A stretch of 43,901 nucleotides of DNA from Thermoanaerobaculia bacterium. Lineage in GTDB: Bacteria; Acidobacteriota; Thermoanaerobaculia; UBA5066; Gp7-AA6. Numbering within the stretch: position 1 is the stretch's first letter; the number at the start of each line of letters is the position of its first letter. The stretch spans positions 1 through 43,901 of the forward strand of contig JBBQNC010000003.1 of assembly GCA_038329555.1 (NCBI GenBank), in the 5' to 3' direction. The notes below the pieces were generated by a model. That model saw only the letters and a program-made list of their open reading frames with translations. It did not search any database and had not been told where the DNA came from. Position numbers and translations under genes: made by a program. Positions 28,914 through 37,030 of the stretch are shown piece by piece.

Positions 28914-28949
28914 CCGGGCCGCTTCGACCCGCGGGAAAGGCCGTACCGG

Positions 28950-29381
28950 TCAGAGCCCGAAGAGCTGCCGGTACCGGGGGTGGTCCCGGATCGAGCCCAG
29001 GTCGGTGTCGTGCAGGATCCACTCGCGGTTTCCCCATCCGCCGCGCACGGACTTCTCCAGGCAGTCGAGCGCCCGTTCCGTCTCTCCGGCCAACGCGCCC
29101 GCGCAGGCGCAGTTGTAGAGAACTCCCTGCTCGTCGGGCTGCAGGGTCAGGGCCCGCTCGATCCAGGCGAGCCCTCCGCTTTTCGTCCCAGGTTGATCAA
29201 CGCGCCCGCGCCGAGATACAGCGCCCGTGCGTCGTCGGGATTGAGCTCGAGGTGGCGTCGCGCCGCCTCGTGCGCGTGCGTCGAGCACGCGAGGCGCGCT
29301 GTAGACCTCGCCCATTCCGCCGTATCCGAGCGGGCTCAGGATCTCGTAGGGGCCGAGGCGGAAGCCAGAAGACAGAGACAC
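28950..29381 (-). pseudogene. Ser/Thr kinase-TPR gene with large internal deletion
   Basis: Only kinase subdomain I (LGPYEILSPLGYGGMGEVY) is left. It is joined to a terminal TPR region split across two frames (HLELNPDDARALYLGA / LAWIERALTLQPDEQGVLYNCAC...WILHDTDLGSIRDHPRY). Confidence 0.8.
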
Positions 29382-29439
29382 GGGGGGCGATTGTAGCCGC
29401 TGGCGCTCCGGCGGGAAGGAGAGCGGTCCCCTTGCTCTT

Positions 29440-31596
29440 CTACGAAGCCCGACCCAGCGTCCGGAGCAGAAAGGCGTAGTCGAATGCGGTCTCCCGGAGC
29501 TTGTCGTACCGGCCGGACGATCCCCCGTGCCCGCCCGCCATGTTGATTCGGAAGAGCAGAGGGTTCTTGTCGGTCTTCAGCGTGCGGAGCTTCGCGACGT
29601 ACTTCGCGGGCTCCCAGTACATCACCTGGCTGTCGTCGAACGAGGTCTTGACGAGCATCGCGGGATAGTCCTTCGCGGAGAGGTTGTCGTAGGGGCTGTA
29701 CGAGAGCATGTAGTCGTACTGTTCCTTGATTTTCGGGTTGCCCCACTCCTCGAACTCGCCGACGGTCAGCGGAAGCGACTCGTCGAGCATCGACCCGATG
29801 ACGTCGACGAACGGGACCCGCGCGATGACGGCGTGGAAGAGGTCGGAGCGGAGATTCACGACGGCGCCCATGAGGAGGCCGCCGGCGCTGCCGCCCTCGA
29901 TCGAAAGCTTCTCCTTCGACGTGTACTTCTGCGAGATGAGGGCCTCGGCCGCCGCGATGAAGTCGGTGAACGTGTTCTTCTTCGCCAGCATCCGGCCCTG
30001 GTCGTGCCATTTCTTGCCCATCTCCCCGCCTCCGCGGATGTGGGCGATCGCGTAGACGAAGCCGCGGTCGAGCAGCGACACGCGGTTCGAGTTGAACGTG
30101 GGAAATGTCGGGGACCCGTAGGACCCGTACCCCATCAGGAGCGTGGGATTCGCCCCGTTCTTCGCGAGCCCGATCCGGTACACGAGGCTGATCGGGACGC
30201 GCGCGCCGTCGCTCGCGGTCGCGTAGATGCGCTCCGTGCGGTACCGGGCGGGATCGTAGCCGCCGAGAACCTCGGTGCGCTTCAGGATCAGCCGCTCCTT
30301 CGTCGCCATGTCGTAGTCGTAGACGGTGGGGGGCGTGGTGAGCGACTGGTAATTGAACCGGAACTTGTCGGCCGCGAACTCGGCGTTGGCCTCGGGAAGC
30401 AGCGCGTACGCCGTCTCGGGAAACTCGACGCGGTGCGACGCGCCGGATGCGAGGTCCGTGATCCGGATCCGCGGAAGCCCGTCCTCGCGCTCGAGCAGGA
30501 CGGCGTGGGAGGCAAACACATGGACTCCGGAAACCATCACCGCGTCGCGGCAGGGGATGAGCTCCTTCCAGGTTGACCGCCCGGGCTCCGCAACGAGCGC
30601 GGTCCCCACCCGGAAGTTCCGGCAGCCGGCGTTCGTCCGGATGTAGAAGGTGTCCCCGCGATGGTCGACGTCGTACTGGTGATCCTTCTCCCTCGGCGCG
30701 ACGACTCGGAACGCGCCCTCGGGCTCGCCGGCCGGGAGGTACCGCCATTCGCTCGCCGTGTGGGAGCTCGACTCGAGCAGGACATGCGTCCGGCTGCGGC
30801 TCCGCTCCACCCCGAGCGTGAACATCGCGTCCTTTTCCTCGTAGACGAGCGCGTCGGCCGACGAGGGAGCGCCGAGTCTGTGACGGAACAGCCTGTAGGG
30901 CCGCTTCGCGTCGTTGTCGACGACGTAGAACAGGGTCTTGTTGTCCGCCGCCCAGGCGACCGACGAGACGCGCGGAACGTTCTCGGAGAAGACCTTGCCG
31001 GTTCGGAGGTCCTTCACGTGGAGCGTGTACTCGCGGAAACCCGTGTTGTCGAGCGTGTACGCCAGCAGGCGGCCGTCGTCGCTGATTTCGTAGTCGCCTC
31101 GCGCCATGAACCGCTCGCCCTTCGCGAGCTCGTTCAGATCGAGGGTGATCTCCTCGGGAGCGTCGACGCTGCCATGCTTCCGGCAATAGATCGGGTACGA
31201 CTTTCCCTCTTCGGTGCGCGAGTAGTAGAGGAAGTCCCCCTTGCGGTAGGGAACGGAGAGGTCGGTCTCCTGGATGCGCCCGAGCATCTCGGCGTAGAGC
31301 TTCTCCTGCAGGGGAGCCGTCTCTTTCATGAACGCGTCCGTGTAGGCGTTCTCGGCGTCGATGTAGGAGCGCACTTCCGGGCTCTTGCGCTCCCGCAGCC
31401 AGTAGTAGTCGTCGCGGCGCTCGGCGCCGTGCAGGGTCTCGGTGCGGGCGGTCTTTCTGGCCATGGGGGGTTTCAACGCCTCCGTCGTGTCGGGGACGGC
31501 GAGGGCCATCGCCGGCGCGATCCAGCTCACGCCGGCGAACAGGGCGGCGGCCATTCGACGTTTCACGATGGCGGTCGCCGAGGCCGGCCCGATCAC
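29440..31596 (-). CDS. ptrB: Oligopeptidase B (peptidase S9A)
   Basis: DDYYWLRE, GYGSYG, HIRGGGEMG, GGSAGGLL (Ser), DSQV (Asp), GGHGG (His). Confidence 0.93.
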   Translation of the reverse strand: MIGPASATAIVKRRMAAALFAGVSWIAPAMALAVPDTTEALKPPMARKTARTETLHGAERRDDYYWLRERKSPEVRSYIDAENAYTDAFMKETAPLQEKLYAEMLGRIQETDLSVPYRKGDFLYYSRTEEGKSYPIYCRKHGSVDAPEEITLDLNELAKGERFMARGDYEISDDGRLLAYTLDNTGFREYTLHVKDLRTGKVFSENVPRVSSVAWAADNKTLFYVVDNDAKRPYRLFRHRLGAPSSADALVYEEKDAMFTLGVERSRSRTHVLLESSSHTASEWRYLPAGEPEGAFRVVAPREKDHQYDVDHRGDTFYIRTNAGCRNFRVGTALVAEPGRSTWKELIPCRDAVMVSGVHVFASHAVLLEREDGLPRIRITDLASGASHRVEFPETAYALLPEANAEFAADKFRFNYQSLTTPPTVYDYDMATKERLILKRTEVLGGYDPARYRTERIYATASDGARVPISLVYRIGLAKNGANPTLLMGYGSYGSPTFPTFNSNRVSLLDRGFVYAIAHIRGGGEMGKKWHDQGRMLAKKNTFTDFIAAAEALISQKYTSKEKLSIEGGSAGGLLMGAVVNLRSDLFHAVIARVPFVDVIGSMLDESLPLTVGEFEEWGNPKIKEQYDYMLSYSPYDNLSAKDYPAMLVKTSFDDSQVMYWEPAKYVAKLRTLKTDKNPLLFRINMAGGHGGSSGRYDKLRETAFDYAFLLRTLGRAS

Positions 31597-34385
31597 TTCG
31601 CGGGGGCCGGCGGCGCCGTGCTCTTGAAGTCTCCCGCCTTGACGATCGTGATCTTCGACGGCTCGATGTGGCGGCGCATCGCGGACACGACCTGTTCGGG
31701 AGTCAGGGCGGCGATCTTCTTCTCCAGGTCGGCGTCCCAGGCCAGCGTTCGGTCGATGAACAGATTCCCCGCGAGCTTGCCCGCGAGCGCCCCGTCCTGC
31801 GCGCGCCCGACCTGCGCGTTCTGAAGGTAGCCGGACTTCGCTTCCTTGACCTCCTGGTCGGTGAACCCGTCCTTCAGGGCGCGAGTGAGCTCCTCCTTGA
31901 AGGCCGCCTCGAGCTTCTCGGCGTTCTGCGGGGCGTAGATCGCGAACGTGAAGAAGGTGCCCGACTTGTCGAGCGGGCTGGCGACGAACTGGGATCCGAC
32001 GCCGTAGCTCAACCCTTCCTTCTGACGGATGCGCGTCGCGAGGCGCGAGTTGAGGAAGCCTCCGCCCAGCATGTAGTTGCCGAGAACGAGGCCGGGGTAA
32101 TCGGGGTCGTCGTCGCGGATATCGAGGTTGACGCCGGCGAGAAAGATCGCGTTCGCCTTGTCCGGGGTCGGCAGCGCCTGATTGAGTGCCGCCGCGTCCT
32201 GGAAGGGCCGCGGGACGCGCGTGAACGGCTTCGGGCTCTTCCAGTCGCCGAAAAGATCCGCCGCGAGCTTCGAGACCTCCTTCGCGTCGAAGTCGCCGAC
32301 GACGGCGAGCTCCGAGTTCGAGCCGCCGTAGAAGTCCGCGTAGAATTTCTTCGCGTCGTCGATCGTGGCCGAGCGATAGTCGTTCAGCGACTCGTCGGCC
32401 GTCTGGACGTAACGCACGTCGCCCCTGGGGTAGACGCTCATGTGTCGCTGGTAGGCGTTCTGCCCCACGAAGTTCGGGTCGCTCTTCTGCTGCTCGATCG
32501 TGGCGAGGTTTTCCTGCTTCAGCTGCTCGAACTCGGTCGCCGGGAACGTCGGTGTCCGAAGGATTTCCGCGATGAGCCGCATGACGGCGGGGAAGTTCTC
32601 GCGGGTGGTCTCGACGCCGATGTTCGCCGAGGTCGGCCCGCCGGAGATGCGGACGCGGGCCTTCAGCCGGTCGAACTCGTCGTGGACCTGCTGCCGGGTG
32701 TGCTTCGCCGTTCCGCGCTCGAGCATGTCCGCGGCGAGGTCCGCGGCGGTCGCGCGGTTCATCAGGCTCTTCTCATCGCCGAAGCGGATCGTCATCGACG
32801 CGACCACGGTTTCGCCTCGCGTCTTCTTCGTCAGGAGGGCGAGCTTCATCCCGCTGGCGAGCTTCGTTCGCGTGGTGCGGGACTCGATGTTCGAAGGAGT
32901 CGGGTCGAAGGCCTCGCCCTGCGCGACGGCCGCTTCGCCCTTGTAATCCTTCAGCATCGCCGCGGTGTCCGGAGGCGCCGGGATCTCCGCCCGATCGGGT
33001 TTCGGCGTCGGGAGGAACTGGCCGACGGTGCGGTTGGAGGGCTTGAGATAGGCGCCGGCAACGCGCGCGACGTCTTCGGGCGTGACTTTCTTGATGCGAT
33101 CGCGGTTCAGGAAGAAGAGCCGCCAGTCTCCCATCGCGATGAACTCGCTCATCTGGAGTCCGACCCGGTCCGCGGAATTCAGCGTGAGCTCGATGTTCTT
33201 CAGGAGAGCCGTCTTCGCGCGCTCGACCTCCTCCTTCGTGGGAGGCGTCTTGGAGAGGGCGTCGATCGTTTCGAGCATCGTGCGGCGCGCGTCCTCGATC
33301 GACGAGTCCTGGCGCACCTCGGCGGTGAGCATCATGAAACCGGGCTCCTTCAGCGGCTGCATGTAGCCGCCGACCGCCGAAGCCTTCTTGGTCTCGACCA
33401 GGGCCTTGTGGAGCCGGCCGGAGGGCGTATCGCCGAGGAGGAACGCGAGGACCTGGATCGGCGCGCCGTCCGGATGCGTGGCCGATGTCACGTGATACGC
33501 GACGGCCAGGGCCTGAACGTCCCCGACGCGGCGAAGCGTGACTTCACGCTCGCCGTCCTGGGTCGGCTCGGCGGTGTAGGTTCTCTGCAGGGAGCGCGTC
33601 GGCCGGGGGATCGGCGAAAACTTCTGGTCGATCCAGGCGAGAGTCTTCGCCTCGTCGAACTTGCCGGCGACGAGCAGGTACGCGTTGTCCGGCTGGTAGT
33701 ACGTCCGCCAGAATGCCTGCAGGCGCTCGATCGGAACGTTCTCGAGATCCGCGCGCGCTCCGATCGTCGAGTGGCCGTAGTTGTGCCAGAGGTACGAGGT
33801 CGAGAGCACGCGCTCTTCGAGGATGCTCGCGGGATCGTTCTCGCCGAGCTCGAACTCGTTGCGGACGACCGTCATCTCGCTGTCGAGGTCCTTCTTCGCG
33901 ACGAAGGAGTGGACCATCCGGTCCGCCTCGAGATCCAGGGCCCAGCGGAGGTTTTCGTCGGTCGCCTGAAACGTCTCGAAATAATTGGTGCGGTCGAACC
34001 ATGTGGATCCGTTCGGTCGGGCGCCGTGCGCGGTCAGCTCCTGCGGGATGTTCGGGTGCTTCGGCGTGCCCTTGAAGAGCAGGTGCTCGAGGAGATGGGC
34101 CATCCCCGTCTCGCCGTATCCCTCGTGCCGGGAGCCGACCATGTAGGTGACGTTGACGGTGATCGTCTGCTTCGTCTGGTCCGGGAAGAGGAGCACGTGA
34201 AGGCCGTTGCCGAGCACGTATTCGGTGATGCCCTCGACGGACGTGACTTTGACGGGGTGTCCGGCGTCGCGGGCCGCCGGGCGGGTCGCGGGCGCCTTCT
34301 TCGCGGGGGCCGCCGCCGCCGCGGAGAGCGGAAGAGCCGTCGCGGCAAGCAGGACGGCAAAGAAGCGGAGAGGCCGAGAGCTCAT
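31593..34385 (-). CDS. M16 family zinc protease (PqqL-like, secreted)
   Basis: GMAHLLEHLLFKGT (HxxEH), NGST..DRTNY, RIRQKEGLSY, signal peptide, GGAGG RBS. Confidence 0.92.
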   Translation of the reverse strand: MSSRPLRFFAVLLAATALPLSAAAAAPAKKAPATRPAARDAGHPVKVTSVEGITEYVLGNGLHVLLFPDQTKQTITVNVTYMVGSRHEGYGETGMAHLLEHLLFKGTPKHPNIPQELTAHGARPNGSTWFDRTNYFETFQATDENLRWALDLEADRMVHSFVAKKDLDSEMTVVRNEFELGENDPASILEERVLSTSYLWHNYGHSTIGARADLENVPIERLQAFWRTYYQPDNAYLLVAGKFDEAKTLAWIDQKFSPIPRPTRSLQRTYTAEPTQDGEREVTLRRVGDVQALAVAYHVTSATHPDGAPIQVLAFLLGDTPSGRLHKALVETKKASAVGGYMQPLKEPGFMMLTAEVRQDSSIEDARRTMLETIDALSKTPPTKEEVERAKTALLKNIELTLNSADRVGLQMSEFIAMGDWRLFFLNRDRIKKVTPEDVARVAGAYLKPSNRTVGQFLPTPKPDRAEIPAPPDTAAMLKDYKGEAAVAQGEAFDPTPSNIESRTTRTKLASGMKLALLTKKTRGETVVASMTIRFGDEKSLMNRATAADLAADMLERGTAKHTRQQVHDEFDRLKARVRISGGPTSANIGVETTRENFPAVMRLIAEILRTPTFPATEFEQLKQENLATIEQQKSDPNFVGQNAYQRHMSVYPRGDVRYVQTADESLNDYRSATIDDAKKFYADFYGGSNSELAVVGDFDAKEVSKLAADLFGDWKSPKPFTRVPRPFQDAAALNQALPTPDKANAIFLAGVNLDIRDDDPDYPGLVLGNYMLGGGFLNSRLATRIRQKEGLSYGVGSQFVASPLDKSGTFFTFAIYAPQNAEKLEAAFKEELTRALKDGFTDQEVKEAKSGYLQNAQVGRAQDGALAGKLAGNLFIDRTLAWDADLEKKIAALTPEQVVSAMRRHIEPSKITIVKAGDFKSTAPPAPAK

Positions 34386-34490
34386 GATTTCCTCCCGCGG
34401 AGCGGACGCCCCGCGCGCTTTAAATCGACGGGAACCGCGGACTATAACCCGTCCGGCTGCGCCTTGCTTCCCGATCCGGGCCCCCTGGCA

Positions 34491-34517
34491 GGTAATCTCC
34501 CGCGCCCCGGAACCGTC
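34491..34517 (+). promoter_or_regulatory. Putative ECF-sigma promoter (GTAAT-N17-CGTC)
   Basis: The -10 CGTC element ends 8 nt before ATG 34526, consistent with a leaderless transcript. Confidence 0.4.
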
Positions 34518-34525
34518 CAATTGGT

Positions 34526-34630
34526 ATGCGCACCTTGACCCGGGAGAGCCGCCGCCTCGCGACGTTCTGGGGCCTCGTGATCCTCGCCTGCGTCGACCTG
34601 CTTCTATGGGCGGTCCTGGCGCGCGTCTGA
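34526..34630 (+). CDS. 34-aa single-transmembrane small protein
   Basis: MRTLTRESRRLATFWGLVILACVDLLLWAVLARV*. Host-like GC3 codon use, positive-inside N-terminus, fills an intergenic gap. Confidence 0.55.
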   Translation: MRTLTRESRRLATFWGLVILACVDLLLWAVLARV

Positions 34631-34645
34631 TCCGTGCCGGGGGAC

Positions 34646-34723
34646 CAGTTTTCAGTTTTCGGTTTTCAGTTCAGTTTCTGTCCCGGTTTGGTGACCCATA
34701 ACCCATAACCCATAACTCATTAC
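34646..34723 (+). repeat. Two adjacent heptamer tracts, (CAGTTTT)n and (CCCATAA)n
   Basis: CAGTTTT CAGTTTT CGGTTTT CAGTT..., then CCCATAA x3 + CTCATTA. Confidence 0.8.
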
Positions 34724-34737
34724 TGACAATCTTGCGG

Positions 34738-36258
34738 CTAGTCGGCGACCGTTCCGCCGAACTTCAGCCCCTCTCGGTTGAGCTGGCCGGCGAACTCCGA
34801 CTTGTTGACAGCCATGGTGTAGGCCTCCCGGATGTCCACCTGTTTGCTCTTCACGAGAGAGAGAAGCGAGTCGTTCAAAGTCATCATCCCCTGCTGCTTG
34901 CTGGTCTGGATGATCGAGTAGATCTGGAAGATCTTCCGCTCGCGGATCAGGTTGGAGACGGCGCTGTTGCAGATCAGGATCTCGTAGGCCGCGACGCGGC
35001 CGCCGCCGATCTTCTTGCAGAGCGTCTGCGAGATGACGCCCTTCAGCGAGCCGGCGAGCATGGTTCGGATCTGTTCCTGCCGGTCCGCGGGAAACTGATC
35101 GATGATGCGGTCGACGGTCGAGGGCGCCGTCGTCGTGTGAAGGGTCCCGAACACGAGGTGGCCCGTCTCGGCGGTCTCGACCGCAATCGCGATCGTCTCG
35201 AGATCGCGCATTTCACCGACGAGGACGATGTCGGGGTCCTCGCGAAGGGCCGCTCGAAGCGCGTCCTTGAACGAGTCGGAATGGGCGTGCACCTCGCGCT
35301 GGTTCACGAGGCATTTCTTGTTCTCGTGGACGAACTCGATGGGGTCTTCGATCGTGATGATGTGGTCGGTGCGGTTGAGATTGATCCAATCGATCAGGGT
35401 GGCGAGAGTCGTCGACTTTCCCGAGCCGGTCGGTCCCGTGACGAGAACGAGGCCCTTGGTCAGCTCGCAGAGCTCGAGAACGCTCTTCGGGAGGCCGATC
35501 TCGGCGGGCGTCAGGATCCGGTAGGGGATCGCGCGGAACACCCCGCCCGGACCCTTGCGGTCGCGGAAGAGGTTCACGCGGAAGCGTGAGACGCCGGGGA
35601 TCGCATGCGCGAAGTCCGTGTCGTTGCGCCGCTCGTACTCCTCGCGGTTGCGGGTGGGAGTGATCTCGTAGAGGCGGGCGAGCAGCTCGTCGTCGGCAAA
35701 CGCGGGGAAGCCGGGAAGGACCTGGATCACGCCGTGGAGCCGGACGGTCGGCACCGCGCCCGACGACAGGTGGAGGTCGGAGGCTCCGAGCTCGAGCATC
35801 CGCAGAAGGAGGCGCTCGATCGCGGAGTCCACCTGAACGTTCGCGTAGGACAGGACGGGCGCGGCCGCGACGGGCTCCGGGGGAGGCGCCTGCGGCACGG
35901 GGGCTGCCGGCGCGCCCGTGGAGACGGCGCCCGCCGGAAAATCGGTCGCCGTCTCGATCTCCGCGGGCGGATGGACCTCGATCGCGACCTTCCAGGCGGT
36001 GATCCCGGCGTCGACACGCACGGTGACCGGCGTGCCGTCATGCTGGTAGACGAACGTCGTGCCGCCGTTGCGGTTCAACTGCGTCGCCGCCGGGACGATC
36101 TCGGTCACGAGCTTGACCAGGGCGTCGTGCGGCGTGGTCTGGGACGCGTAGCGCTTCCCGGTCGGGAAGACGAGCTGGACTTTTTCGCCGCTCGAAAGCA
36201 GCGCACCCTGGGCGCCGAACTTCGTGAGACTCTGCAACAGGGCGTCGATCTGGGCCAC
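34738..36258 (-). CDS. pilT: Type IV pilus retraction ATPase PilT with N-terminal extension
   Basis: GASDLHL, GPTGSGKSTT, EDPIE, LREDPDIVLVGEMRD, GHLVFGTLHT, AVSNLIRE. GTG start with GGAGG RBS. Confidence 0.9.
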   Translation of the reverse strand: MAQIDALLQSLTKFGAQGALLSSGEKVQLVFPTGKRYASQTTPHDALVKLVTEIVPAATQLNRNGGTTFVYQHDGTPVTVRVDAGITAWKVAIEVHPPAEIETATDFPAGAVSTGAPAAPVPQAPPPEPVAAAPVLSYANVQVDSAIERLLLRMLELGASDLHLSSGAVPTVRLHGVIQVLPGFPAFADDELLARLYEITPTRNREEYERRNDTDFAHAIPGVSRFRVNLFRDRKGPGGVFRAIPYRILTPAEIGLPKSVLELCELTKGLVLVTGPTGSGKSTTLATLIDWINLNRTDHIITIEDPIEFVHENKKCLVNQREVHAHSDSFKDALRAALREDPDIVLVGEMRDLETIAIAVETAETGHLVFGTLHTTTAPSTVDRIIDQFPADRQEQIRTMLAGSLKGVISQTLCKKIGGGRVAAYEILICNSAVSNLIRERKIFQIYSIIQTSKQQGMMTLNDSLLSLVKSKQVDIREAYTMAVNKSEFAGQLNREGLKFGGTVAD

Positions 36259-36274
36259 GGATGTTCCTCCGAGT

Positions 36275-36757
36275 TCAGTCTTCGAGGACACGGAGGACGT
36301 GCGACTTGTTGATCAGGTACACGTCCTCGCCGCGCCAGAGACGGAAGAAGCGGCTTTCGTAGTTCATGTAGTCCGTCACGCGCGTCTCCTGCTCCTGGGC
36401 GGAGTAAAGGAGCTCGCCGTCGAGCGGATCGCCGGAGGTGAAATCGACGTGGACCTTCTGGCGGAAGTCGAAGAGCTCCTCGCTCTCCTCGCCCTCGGGC
36501 CCGAAGCTGCCGGGAAGGATCCGGATCCAGAGCACGGCGCTGCGGTTGAAGATCTCCCAGCGGCCCGAGGCCGATTCCCGCGCGGGGAGGAAGTCGGGCC
36601 CCTCTTCGATCAGGTCGAGGACCTGCTGGCGCCGGTCCTTGCCCGCCGGCGGCTCGGGGAGAAAGATCTCGACCCGCCGGGGAGCGGCCGCCGCCAGGGC
36701 GAGATCGACCGCCACGCTTTGCCGCCGCACGCGGAGTAACTCGGTTTGTCCCCTCAT
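36275..36757 (-). CDS. Hypothetical protein with two repeated beta-rich halves, co-transcribed with pilT
   Basis: Host-like codon use. Repeats VLDLIEEGPDFLP..IFNRSAVLWI and VTDYMNYESRFFRL..LINKSHVLRV. Confidence 0.7.
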   Translation of the reverse strand: MRGQTELLRVRRQSVAVDLALAAAAPRRVEIFLPEPPAGKDRRQQVLDLIEEGPDFLPARESASGRWEIFNRSAVLWIRILPGSFGPEGEESEELFDFRQKVHVDFTSGDPLDGELLYSAQEQETRVTDYMNYESRFFRLWRGEDVYLINKSHVLRVLED

Positions 36758-36838
36758 GGAATTGCCTTGAAACTATACAGGGTCGGATCGCGAGACCGCG
36801 TTTTCCGGAGCCGGGCGATAGCCGATAATCCTCCCCGA

Positions 36839-36915
36839 CTGCCCGTAGCTCAGTTGGATAGAGCAACGGCCTTCTAAGCCGTAGGTCCCCGGTTCGAATC
36901 CGGGCGGGCAGGCCA
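36839..36915 (+). tRNA. tRNA-Arg(TCT)
   Basis: Acceptor CTGCCCG/CGGGCAG, anticodon arm ACGGC-CTTCTAA-GCCGT, TTCGAAT loop, encoded CCA. Confidence 0.97.
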
Positions 36916-37030
36916 TCCGTCGCGAACGGGGCCGTTTTGGATCGGACTCTCTGAGAACACGGACTGACCGTCTTGAGAATGTTCCGCCCGGGCAGAGGGT
37001 GGACAGGTGTTCGGAGACATGGTGATCGGC

